This document shows positions 14,855-23,484 of a stretch of 32,000 nt of DNA, piece by piece. Origin of the DNA: Acaryochloris marina S15 (GTDB lineage Bacteria > Cyanobacteriota > Cyanobacteriia > Thermosynechococcales > Thermosynechococcaceae). The notes below the pieces were generated by a model. The model was not told the DNA's origin, did no database searches, and was given only the letters and a program-made list of their open reading frames with translations. The stretch lies in assembly GCF_018336915.1 (NCBI RefSeq), contig NZ_CP064923.1:540001-572000 (forward strand), in the 5' to 3' direction. Position numbers and translations under genes: made by a program. Each line of letters opens with the position of its first letter. Position 1 is the first letter of the stretch.

Positions 14855-15268
14855 CTAACCTAAGAGCTGTCGTCGCTGTTGCTCAAATTCGTAGTCTGTC
14901 ACTAGTCCCTCTTGGCGGAGGCTTTCGAGCTGGCGTAGCGAATCTGCGATCGCATTCATCTGTGCCGGTTCCAGGGTCGGTTGAGTGGGTTGAGGCCAGG
15001 CCGGATTAAAGGCTTGGTGAAACCGATCATCCCCTTGGGTTAAATAAATCACGGCATCACATAGACTGGCTACCCGAGTCAGGGTGGCAATCGGTAAGGT
15101 GGCCCAAAAGATACCAGGCAGCAGATACACCAAGCCCCAGCGAGTTTGGCCTAAATAGAGCTTATGCAGACCTGGCAAGAGTAACCCTGCAAGGGCTAGG
15201 ACAATGGCAACGATACGATTCTTTGGTCTCGGTAAGGCGAGACCCGATGGAGTCGAGTCAAGAGTCAT
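14855..15268 (-). CDS. TM2-like membrane protein with a C-terminal SHOCT domain
   Basis: ALAGLLLPGLHKLYLGQTRWGLVYLL is TM2-like (H-x-x-Y-L-G). The C-terminal LRQLESLRQEGLVTDYEFEQQRRQLL matches the SHOCT short oligomerisation motif. Confidence 0.6.
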   Translation of the reverse strand: MTLDSTPSGLALPRPKNRIVAIVLALAGLLLPGLHKLYLGQTRWGLVYLLPGIFWATLPIATLTRVASLCDAVIYLTQGDDRFHQAFNPAWPQPTQPTLEPAQMNAIADSLRQLESLRQEGLVTDYEFEQQRRQLLG

Positions 15269-15384
15269 CAGTCAAGAGAAACCACAATGGCTAGTTGAAT
15301 GGATTAGTTCTAGCACATTGCTAACCCTTCCGCGCAAGGAAAGATTGCGATGAGTATCTTGTGTCAATAGATGGTCTGCTGAGC

Positions 15385-15585
15385 TTAGGGAGACAAGCGG
15401 TGGACGAGTTTCTCTATCCACCGGACTGCTCGTTGCCAAGTCTGACTTGGAGAGGACTTAACGCTGTAAGGCTGACGCTGTTGACACCCTTGTAAGTGTT
15501 CTAACATCCGGTGCAAATTTTGGTCTTGTTTGGCCAGTTGGTGGGTTAAGCAATTAGATTGACGCTGGCAAGTATGACAAAGCAT
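15385..15585 (-). CDS. Small hypothetical protein (66 aa)
   Basis: ORF only; Cys/His/Gln-rich, with no recognisable motif. Confidence 0.3.
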   Translation of the reverse strand: MLCHTCQRQSNCLTHQLAKQDQNLHRMLEHLQGCQQRQPYSVKSSPSQTWQRAVRWIEKLVHRLSP

Positions 15586-15766
15586 AGTAGATATTCACTC
15601 CTACTCAAGGAAGTCACGATGGCCAAGAGAGGCTCGAACATCGCAATTGGAAACGCTTTTGAAGAGTGAGGGAAGAATAAGATTCATCAATTCTAGCCAA
15701 GACGCCATCAAACGGCAGCCTTTAGATGTTGCATTTTATGAAGGGACATTTATCACAGACTGAATA

Positions 15767-16198
15767 TCAGTCCACGAAAGAGTTTGAGGCGTAAACCACA
15801 TACTGTTGAGCATCACTAGTATCGATCAGCACCTCCATGAGGTAAGCACCATCAGAAAAATCGGCATATAGGAGCGATTGCATCTGCTTGCCTTTGTGTT
15901 GCAGGGGTGAGTCTGCAAAAATCTGGCTATCGGTCTGACTCCGCCATTGCTGAATTTTGTTGAGAGGGGTTTGCTGCTGCAGTGCCAACAAGTCCTGGGG
16001 CTGAATGGTTAACTCTACCTGATAGGTCGGATTGAACCCTGAAATGCATTTTTCTTGCAGAATACGGGTACTAGCGGGCCAGTCAGTGATTTTTATGTTG
16101 GTGGCAAAGGTGTCACAAGGCACTGTGCTGCCTAACGGATCCCAACATCCTCCCAGCCCAAGGAGCAATACCCAAAACAGTGTGCTGAATCGATTCAT
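15767..16198 (-). CDS. Putative lipoprotein, function unknown
   Basis: The internal start MNRFSTLFWVLLLGLGGC (ATG 16198) gives a clean lipoprotein signal peptide and lipobox. The 80-aa upstream extension in the ORF track looks non-coding. Confidence 0.55.
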   Translation of the reverse strand: MNRFSTLFWVLLLGLGGCWDPLGSTVPCDTFATNIKITDWPASTRILQEKCISGFNPTYQVELTIQPQDLLALQQQTPLNKIQQWRSQTDSQIFADSPLQHKGKQMQSLLYADFSDGAYLMEVLIDTSDAQQYVVYASNSFVD

Positions 16199-16492
16199 TT
16201 GCAGGAGAGTGCTACCAGGGGGATCAGGAGATGCGATCGCAAAACCGTGCCAGAAACTCGACTGTCTTTCACGATAAAGCTGCAGTGGAAGGATTTGAGA
16301 CCATACCATTATGCAGTGTGTTGAAAGCGGCAAATTAATACCCATCTCAATCATGATCAATTCAAGCTTCTGAGCTAAACGATTCAATGGTGCCTGTGGC
16401 CTGCTTTTGAAGCCTCCATGGGGGCATGACCAACTCATACTGCAGGAGACAACATCCCTTACAGTAGAGACAGAACATTTCAGGTCAGAGTA

Positions 16493-17371
16493 GTGGTTGT
16501 TAAGCCCAATTGGTTACGAGTGAAAGCCCCGCAATGGGAGCGCGTGGGCAGTGTCAAAGATATTTTGCGGGATCTGAACCTGAATACGGTTTGTGAAGAA
16601 GCCTCTTGCCCCAATATTGGCGAGTGTTTCCACCACGGCACGGCCACATTCTTAATTATGGGACCAGCCTGTACTCGGGCTTGCCCTTACTGCGATATCG
16701 ATTTTGAGAAAAAGCCTGTGGCCCTTGACCCCACAGAGCCACAACGCTTGGCAGAAGCTGTGCGTCGGATGGATCTCAATCATGTGGTGATTACCTCTGT
16801 GAATCGCGATGATTTGCCCGATGGCGGGGCCTCACAGTTTATTCGCTGCATTGAGCAGATTCGAGTCCTGTCGCCCCAGACCACCATTGAAGTGTTGATT
16901 CCTGACTTATGTGGCAACTGGGACGCCCTAGAGGCCATCCTGCAAGCAGCGCCTGAGGTGATCAACCACAATACGGAAACCATACCGCGCCTGTATAAAC
17001 GGGTTCGACCCCAAGGGGAATATCAGCGGACCTTGGAATTGCTGATGCGATCGCGCCAGCTCGCCCCTTGGGTTTATACAAAATCCGGCATCATGGTGGG
17101 TCTAGGCGAAACAGATGCTGAAGTTCAGGAGGTCATGGCTGATTTACGCCAAGTCGATTGCGATATCCTCACCATCGGTCAATATTTGCAGCCCACGGCT
17201 AAACATTTAGGCGTACAGGACTTCGTCCATCCCGATCAATTTGCTAAATGGCAAGCTCTGGGTGAAGAGATGGGCTTTTTGCAGATTGTTTCCTCTCCCC
17301 TTACCCGCAGTTCGTATCATGCCGAGCAGGTCCAAGCCTTAATGGAAAAATATCCTCGTTCTAAACCTTGA
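16493..17371 (+). CDS. lipA: Lipoyl synthase
   Basis: [12 protein letters not shown] (auxiliary cluster) and [10 protein letters not shown] (radical-SAM CxxxCxxC); the protein is LipA-like along its full length. GTG start. Confidence 0.9.
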   Translation: MVVKPNWLRVKAPQWERVGSVKDILRDLNLNTVCEEASCPNIGECFHHGTATFLIMGPACTRACPYCDIDFEKKPVALDPTEPQRLAEAVRRMDLNHVVITSVNRDDLPDGGASQFIRCIEQIRVLSPQTTIEVLIPDLCGNWDALEAILQAAPEVINHNTETIPRLYKRVRPQGEYQRTLELLMRSRQLAPWVYTKSGIMVGLGETDAEVQEVMADLRQVDCDILTIGQYLQPTAKHLGVQDFVHPDQFAKWQALGEEMGFLQIVSSPLTRSSYHAEQVQALMEKYPRSKP

Positions 17372-17497
17372 GTAGAGTGACACTCTAGAAAGTGTCACCT
17401 TCTGGCCAAGGCCAGGCCCAGCCAATTTTCTATGCTAGAAGTCAGAATTTAATACACTTTGTCTCCGCTAGCGAAGATCAAAGCCCGTGTAATTTGA

Positions 17498-17535
17498 AGA
17501 GGTATGTCTGCAAAAGGCATGCCTCTTTGATTTTT
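17498..17535 (+). terminator. Rho-independent terminator candidate between lipA and the Ycf66-like gene
   Basis: Stem AGAGGTATG (17498-17506) / CATGCCTCT (17518-17526): 9 bp including one G.U pair, followed by TTGATTTTT. A second hairpin, GTGACACT/AGTGTCAC, lies at 17377-17398 right after the lipA stop. Confidence 0.5.
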
Positions 17536-17575
17536 CTAACTAGACTCATAGGAAAATGACTCCAGGGTGGTATGA

Positions 17576-18595
17576 ATGGGGAATCCTGTTTATGCTGAAC
17601 GGAGAATCTGGGCCATGCTTTCCTTAGCCTTAGTGTTGATCGTGGGTTTAGGCAGTGTTGGGCTGTATTTAACAGCCTACGTCTATCCAGAAATTCACCG
17701 CAAAACCGATGTCTGGTGGAGCGGTACGGGGCTTTTTTATGCTTTAATCCTGTTGATCTATCGCCGTCCTGTCGGCCTGTTGCTGGGGCATACGGCGAGT
17801 GTCGTCTTGTTGGTTTGGCTTAGCTACCAAGCATTACAGCGTCGATGGGCCATGGTAGAGGCTAATCCAGCGCAGCCAGACGATGGAACGTGGGGTGCTA
17901 AAGCCAGAAAGCTATCCGATCAGGTCCTTGCCAAGATTACTAGCCTGGATTGGCAAGGATTATGGGAAAAGATGGGCATGCAAGCGGATGACGGGACATC
18001 TGAAAAGTCAATTTTGCCCCCTGCCATCAAACAGCGTTTAGACCTATCAGGTCTAGGAGAAAAACTTAAAGGTATGATCAGTGGCAAGCAGACTGCTGAG
18101 GCTGATACACCCACTGAGACGGTCCAGCCTACTGAGATGAGTACACCTACAGTAGAGTCTCCTGCTGCAACAATAGCTGAGACCATATCAGAAGTAACGT
18201 CACAACCGGGTGCAGCTACGGCTGAATCTATATCAGAAGTAACATCACCACCTGCTCCAGTGACTGAGTCTACTCCACCCGTTGCAGAGCCTGCGGCTAA
18301 GGATTCCCAACTTGAAGAACGAGTTGCTGCGACACCCGTGATGGTTGAAACACCTGCGACACCAGAAATAGAATCGCCTATCCCTGACGCCCCGACAGAG
18401 CGTTCAGCCCAGTCAGAAGAGGAGGCAGAGCCTGCTGCTCAGGTAGAGGTTGTTTCAGAAGCCCCAATAACTGTAGAACCCGATGCCAACAAATCTGAAC
18501 TAGCGGCTGAGCTGGACCAAGTCATCTCTGACTTGTCTCCAGAAGGACAAGATGCTACTCCGAATCTACCTCAACCCCCTGATCCATTGGGGTAA
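17576..18595 (+). CDS. Membrane protein with a Ycf66-like N-terminal domain (tentative) and a long acidic Pro/Thr/Glu-rich tail
   Basis: Two or three N-terminal TM helices (LSLALVLIVGLGSVGLYLTAYVYPEIHRKTD...GLFYALILLIY). The tail contains a near-duplicate unit, ETISEVTSQPGAAT / ESISEVTSPPAPVT. The start may be the internal MLSLALV (17615). Confidence 0.6.
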   Translation: MGNPVYAERRIWAMLSLALVLIVGLGSVGLYLTAYVYPEIHRKTDVWWSGTGLFYALILLIYRRPVGLLLGHTASVVLLVWLSYQALQRRWAMVEANPAQPDDGTWGAKARKLSDQVLAKITSLDWQGLWEKMGMQADDGTSEKSILPPAIKQRLDLSGLGEKLKGMISGKQTAEADTPTETVQPTEMSTPTVESPAATIAETISEVTSQPGAATAESISEVTSPPAPVTESTPPVAEPAAKDSQLEERVAATPVMVETPATPEIESPIPDAPTERSAQSEEEAEPAAQVEVVSEAPITVEPDANKSELAAELDQVISDLSPEGQDATPNLPQPPDPLG

Positions 18596-19236
18596 CCCTA
18601 GCCTTTCCTATCCTATGGAAGCGCTATGAATACTGACCGTTGTTGAATGGTAGGTCTCTTTAATCTAGATAAGCTTTATATCTGAATCATATTTTCTGAA
18701 GACCCTAACCGCGATGAGCTGCTCAGAATGCTGTAGCAAATTATAGAAGCAGACGGCTCGGACCTCGAACGATATGAGATGCAGGCTTTAGTTGAAAAAT
18801 AGAGTCGCAACCTTAAGATTTTTGAGTAGATATTTTATGCCGTTGATAATGGCAGTCTCACAGCAGAGAATATCGTCGATCAGCCTGATCAATATAGACC
18901 TGTAGCGCCTCACCTCTCTCCACAGATGAAGTGTAATTATGTGACAGTATGTAATGAAGTAAGAGAAGTACTGCTTCAACGTATTGTTGTTTGAGAATCC
19001 CGATAATTTAAATAGCAATAGAGAAATCTAGAATCATATGACCATAGCTCTCAAAATCAAAGATGTATTGGAACGTGAAGGTAATCTATTCGCGACGGTA
19101 CAAATCTGGCGATTCTTGTTGATTCTAGAGCTGGATAATGCCATGCTCACTCAGGGCTAGAAGGTGGCAAGAGTTACTGGGAATTATGCATTTATACAGC
19201 AATATGCACCGTTAAATTTAAACAGATAATCCTGAA

Positions 19237-21045
19237 ATGAAAAAGTTCTTGAAGCAATTTCTATATATTTTAGCTGACCAGAAAGCAATGTTATTTGTCT
19301 TGCTGGCTGCTGTTTTAGGAAATGCTGTAATAGAAACCTTAGGTATTGGCCTGATTGGCCCTTTTATTGCTTTTGCGAGTGATCCCGAGTTAGTAGAGAA
19401 AACCATCGTTATTGGCCAAATCTATGACTGGTTGAACTTTGAATCTAGGGAAAGGTTTATTGCGGTTCTGGCCTTATTTATTATTATTGTTTTTTATGTC
19501 AAGTCTTTTCTTAATTTCGTTATTCGGCGCTATATTTTTAACTTTGTTTATCAATACCAAGGTAAGCTGCGGATTCGATTATTAAGTGCGTATATGCAAA
19601 TGCCATATACATTCCACTTAAAAAATAATTCTGCTTTTATGATTCAAAGCATCATGAATCATACGGTTAGTTTTTGTAATGGCATCTTGCTAGAGATGCT
19701 GAATTCTTTTGTCAGCTTAACCATTATTACCTTTCTGAGTATATTGCTGATTTATACCAGCCCCATTGCGACAATCGTAATTGGACTGATTTTATTCGTC
19801 GTTTTTGCCATTATCTTACGATTGAAAAACACCCTTGCTCGATGGGGTAAAACGATTGCTCAGTCTCAGGCAGAGATGATTCGAGTGGTTAACCATAGCT
19901 TGGGGTCTGTGAAAGAGACGAAAGTGATTGGGTGCGAGTCCTTCTTTTTAGATCAACTCGATACTCAAGCCCAGCTCTATTCCACCTCTCTTAGCGATTT
20001 CATGTCCTTCAATCAAATTCCACGCATTACGATTGAAGCCATGATTATGACCTTTATCTTAGGTTTTATCTCTTTTTCGATCTTAACGAATCAAGATTTT
20101 CAAGGATTAATTTCCACATTAGGTATCTTTGCGGTCGTATCAATACGACTGATGCCTTTAGCAACACAACTCAGCAAGGGCTTAAGCGTTTTAAGAAGTT
20201 CAACATTTGTATTGGAAAAGCTATATCACGATCTCAAAGAACTTGAAAATTATCAAGCACTTATTGCCCCTTCCACTGATGTTGTCCCTCAACTCAAGTC
20301 GGCAGAATTGAATGGTAGTCTTGAGCTGCCTCAGTTGGAGTTTGAGAAGGAGATTTTATTTGATAAAATTTCCTTCCAGTATGAAGGTGCTAAAAACCCT
20401 TCTCTAAATCAGATTCAACTTCGCATCAAGAAAGGAGAATCCATCGCCCTGATTGGTAAATCGGGCGCAGGAAAAACGACCCTGGTCGATGTGCTTTTAG
20501 GGCTGCTGACACCCACTGGTGGAGATATTAAAGTCGATGGCCAATCGGTTTACCACGATTTGAGAGCTTGGCAAAATTTATTGGGATATATTCCCCAATC
20601 TATCTTTTTAATTGATGACACCTTAGAACGAAATATTGCCCTTGGCGTTCCCGATCACCTGATTGATGAGACTCGATTAAACCGGGCCATTGAGTTAGCA
20701 CAGTTGTCGGAGCTAGTGCAGGAGCTTCCTGATGGTGTCAAAACCAATCTAGGAGAGCGTGGAGCCAATTTATCCGGAGGACAACGACAACGGGTTGGTA
20801 TTGCCCGGGCCTTGTATCATGAGCGGGAAATTTTAGTGTTGGATGAAGCGACCTCTGCCCTTGACAATGAGACAGAAGCCTTAGTGTCAGAAGCGATTCG
20901 CTCCCTGAGTGACTCGAAGACGATGATTATCATTGCCCATCGTTTAACAACGGTGGAGCATTGTAATTGCATTCATCTCATGAAGAATGGCCAAATTATC
21001 CAATCTGGAACCTATGAAGAGGTGGTCTTGGCTGCTGATGATTAA
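19237..21045 (+). CDS. ABC exporter, fused permease and ATPase (type I exporter, MsbA-like)
   Basis: N-terminal 6-TM domain. Walker A GKSGAGKTT, signature LSGGQRQR, Walker B ILVLDEATSALD, H-loop IAHRL. There is no C39 peptidase domain. AT-rich codon usage. Confidence 0.85.
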   Translation: MKKFLKQFLYILADQKAMLFVLLAAVLGNAVIETLGIGLIGPFIAFASDPELVEKTIVIGQIYDWLNFESRERFIAVLALFIIIVFYVKSFLNFVIRRYIFNFVYQYQGKLRIRLLSAYMQMPYTFHLKNNSAFMIQSIMNHTVSFCNGILLEMLNSFVSLTIITFLSILLIYTSPIATIVIGLILFVVFAIILRLKNTLARWGKTIAQSQAEMIRVVNHSLGSVKETKVIGCESFFLDQLDTQAQLYSTSLSDFMSFNQIPRITIEAMIMTFILGFISFSILTNQDFQGLISTLGIFAVVSIRLMPLATQLSKGLSVLRSSTFVLEKLYHDLKELENYQALIAPSTDVVPQLKSAELNGSLELPQLEFEKEILFDKISFQYEGAKNPSLNQIQLRIKKGESIALIGKSGAGKTTLVDVLLGLLTPTGGDIKVDGQSVYHDLRAWQNLLGYIPQSIFLIDDTLERNIALGVPDHLIDETRLNRAIELAQLSELVQELPDGVKTNLGERGANLSGGQRQRVGIARALYHEREILVLDEATSALDNETEALVSEAIRSLSDSKTMIIIAHRLTTVEHCNCIHLMKNGQIIQSGTYEEVVLAADD

Positions 21046-21050
21046 TCAGC

Positions 21051-21078
21051 TTTAGAGCTTGGCTAGCCAAGCTCTAAA
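21051..21078. terminator. 28-nt perfect palindrome between convergent genes; probable bidirectional terminator
   Basis: TTTAGAGCTTGGCTAGCCAAGCTCTAAA is its own reverse complement. It starts 6 nt after the ABC stop and ends 13 nt before the SLH-gene stop. Confidence 0.55.
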
Positions 21079-21090
21079 TGTCAGAGAACA

Positions 21091-22047
21091 CTAACTGAGT
21101 TCTTTCTCTTGTCGTTCCAAGGCTTTGGGGGCGGTTTCTCTCCCAATTTGCCAGAGGGTAGCCGCGGCTTCATGGCGTTTGGCTGCTTGTTTGGGCTTGA
21201 AGGTCCCAATTTTGCCGAAGGCACGTTCGATGTTACTTCCCTTGGGTCCCTTCGCGAAGAGGTCGTTGTATATGTACCCCGAGTGCCGCTTATCAATGTC
21301 AGCCAGATCGCTAAACTTCCAGGCACTGCGCAACAGGGAGACTCTTACGGGTTTAATGCTTTTACCCTTATCCAAGCCAACTTTAATGCTGATCATCTCT
21401 TCGCGGGTAATGGGCTGATCGGGTTTGAAGGTTTTATCGTCATAGCCCACTGAATAGCCTGCATTGGCTAAAGCTTGAACAACTTTAAATGCGGGATGTT
21501 TGGCATCAATATCTGTAAACTCTGGGTCAAAAGTAGGGGCCAAACGGATCTTTTGGGCTGGGCGACTGATGGTGTTGTGGGCCTTGAACAGCCAGATCAT
21601 ATATTCACCCCGAGAAATGGGATCGTAGGGCTGAAAGTTTTGATCGTCGGTCGCTGAAAATATCTCTAGTTTGATTAGATCAGCCAGGAGCGGCTGGGTG
21701 GGTAAATCGGCGATATCGTTAAAGGCGACGGCAGCGGGCCGGTTCGTCTCCGACTGTATAGGAGAGGCACTCTCTGGGTTGTCTTCTGATGTTTTGGCTA
21801 CTATCTCTGAAACGGGCTTAGCCTCTTTGAGGGGATCTGAGCCGAGGCCGATTTCATCCTGTTGTTCTTTGAGATCTTTATTTTCGGCCTCAAGGTCTTG
21901 TAATTTGGACTTTAACTCAGCGACTTCATCTGCAGATTGGGTGGATTCTTGGTTGGCCTGGTTACATCCACCTATCAATAGCCATCCACTCAGTAGGGAA
22001 AGACTTAATAAGGAACGGAATGCAGGTTTCTTGGCAACGATCTTCAT
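21091..22047 (-). CDS. SLH (S-layer homology) domain lipoprotein
   Basis: The internal start MKIVAKKPAFRSLLSLSLLSGWLLIGGC gives a signal peptide and lipobox. There is a coiled-coil ELKSKLQDLEAENKDLKEQ segment. SLH-type segments include FNDIADLP...LIKLEI, ISRGEYMIWLFKA and ITREEMISIKV. Confidence 0.7.
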   Translation of the reverse strand: MKIVAKKPAFRSLLSLSLLSGWLLIGGCNQANQESTQSADEVAELKSKLQDLEAENKDLKEQQDEIGLGSDPLKEAKPVSEIVAKTSEDNPESASPIQSETNRPAAVAFNDIADLPTQPLLADLIKLEIFSATDDQNFQPYDPISRGEYMIWLFKAHNTISRPAQKIRLAPTFDPEFTDIDAKHPAFKVVQALANAGYSVGYDDKTFKPDQPITREEMISIKVGLDKGKSIKPVRVSLLRSAWKFSDLADIDKRHSGYIYNDLFAKGPKGSNIERAFGKIGTFKPKQAAKRHEAAATLWQIGRETAPKALERQEKELS

Positions 22048-22247
22048 GGGGAGATAAGCTTCAACGGAATACGATGGAACAAGAGTTTGATGTTGTGATT
22101 CTGGCCTCAAGGATAAGCGAATCAATCTGGACTTGGTTCTTGAAACCAACGATCAAACCTCTCCCACCGTTTTATCCCTAAAATACTTTTTTGAGCGTGA
22201 TCACTCTCACCCATATCAGTGATATCTAAGCTACCAGGACAGACACT

Positions 22248-23465
22248 TTGACCCATCCTGATTCATTTAACCCGGTTCTCTTTCAGCGAATTGTAGACTG
22301 CATGAATACTGCTCCTCAGCAGAGAATGACCTTTGCTGAGTTTATGGAACTGGCTTTGTATGACCCTGAGCAGGGGTACTATGCGACGAACCAAGTTCAA
22401 ATCGGAGTGGCAGGGGATTTCTTTACGTCTCCTCATTTATGTCCTGATTTTGGTGAATTACTCGCTGAACAATTTCTGGATATGTGGAGGGTGATGGGGC
22501 AGCCGAAGTCATTTACATTGGTCGAGATGGGGGCTGGTCAAGGCTTAGTAGCGGCTGATGTCCTTAAATATTTGGCGATCCGAAAACAATCTGCTGATTC
22601 ATCGGCTGGCTATGCAGCCTTTTGGGCCGCTTTGCGTTACATGATTGTAGAAAAAGCAGAGGGCTTAATAGCGGCTCAACAGCGATTGCTACAGCCGTTT
22701 CAGTTCGCACCTGACAAAGTGCAGTGGCTGAGGTTTGAACGGCTTCCCGAGGCGGGTACGGTGGGCTGCTTCTTCTCTAATGAGCTAGTCGATGCTCTAC
22801 CGGTGCACCAATTTGTTGTGCAAGATGGTGCTGTGCAAGAAGTGTTTGTGACGATTGATGGTGATTCACAGTCTTTTATGGAGGTCTTATCAACCCCTTC
22901 AACAGATCATTTAGTAGAGTATTTAGCTGGGCAAGGCATCGATATTGGTGCGGGATATGAAGATGGATATCGGAGTGAGATTAATTTAGCGGCTCTGAAT
23001 TGGCTGGAGACCGTCTCACAAAAACTGGAACGAGGGTATGTGCTGACGATTGATTATGGATATTTAGCACCGCAATATTACAGCCCCCAGCGGCACCAGG
23101 GCACTTTGCAATGCTTTCGTCGGCATGGTGCTCATCAAGATCCCTATGCCTATCTGGGACATCAAGATATTACGGCTCACGTTAACTTTACGGCTTTAGA
23201 AAAGCAGGGGTTGGCCCAAGGGTTAACTTCAATAGGCTATATCCAACAAGGGTTGTTTTTAATGGCGTTGGGCTTGGGCGATCGCTTAGTCGCCAATAAC
23301 AACACCTGTGATATCACTCAGCTGAATGAGGTGATTCGTCGGCGTGAAACCCTGCAGTCTCTAATCAACCCTCTGGGACTGGGTGGTTTTCAAGTCCTGA
23401 TTCAAGGGAAAGGGTTAAATGAGAAGGAACAAAGTCAGGTATTGAAGGGTTTACAAATGCCTTGA
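22248..23465 (+). CDS. Class I SAM-dependent methyltransferase, MidA/NDUFAF7 (DUF185) family
   Basis: MTFAEFMELALYDPEQGYY, GDFFTSPHLCPDFGELLA, LVEMGAGQGLVAADVL and FSNELVDALPVH are family hallmarks. TTG start as listed in the track. Confidence 0.75.
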   Translation: MTHPDSFNPVLFQRIVDCMNTAPQQRMTFAEFMELALYDPEQGYYATNQVQIGVAGDFFTSPHLCPDFGELLAEQFLDMWRVMGQPKSFTLVEMGAGQGLVAADVLKYLAIRKQSADSSAGYAAFWAALRYMIVEKAEGLIAAQQRLLQPFQFAPDKVQWLRFERLPEAGTVGCFFSNELVDALPVHQFVVQDGAVQEVFVTIDGDSQSFMEVLSTPSTDHLVEYLAGQGIDIGAGYEDGYRSEINLAALNWLETVSQKLERGYVLTIDYGYLAPQYYSPQRHQGTLQCFRRHGAHQDPYAYLGHQDITAHVNFTALEKQGLAQGLTSIGYIQQGLFLMALGLGDRLVANNNTCDITQLNEVIRRRETLQSLINPLGLGGFQVLIQGKGLNEKEQSQVLKGLQMP

Positions 23466-23484
23466 TGCACCTGGGTGAAGCCCC

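Noticed and set aside
18788-19018. 76-aa minus-strand ORF in the AT-rich spacer
   Set aside because: AT-rich DNA gives Ile/Leu/Asn/Lys-rich ORFs by chance. There is no motif and no RBS.
19037-19156. 39-codon ORF (MTIALKIKDVLEREGNLFATVQIW...) upstream of the ABC exporter as a possible exported peptide or bacteriocin precursor
   Set aside because: There is no double-glycine leader, the exporter lacks a C39 peptidase domain, I see no RBS, and the AT-rich context makes random ORFs likely.
21109-22057. Three long + strand ORFs (21109..21453, 21125..21418, 21671..22057) opposite the SLH gene
   Set aside because: They are antisense shadow ORFs of a well-supported minus-strand gene, which has a signal peptide, lipobox and SLH motifs. 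Their products are low-complexity and motif-free.
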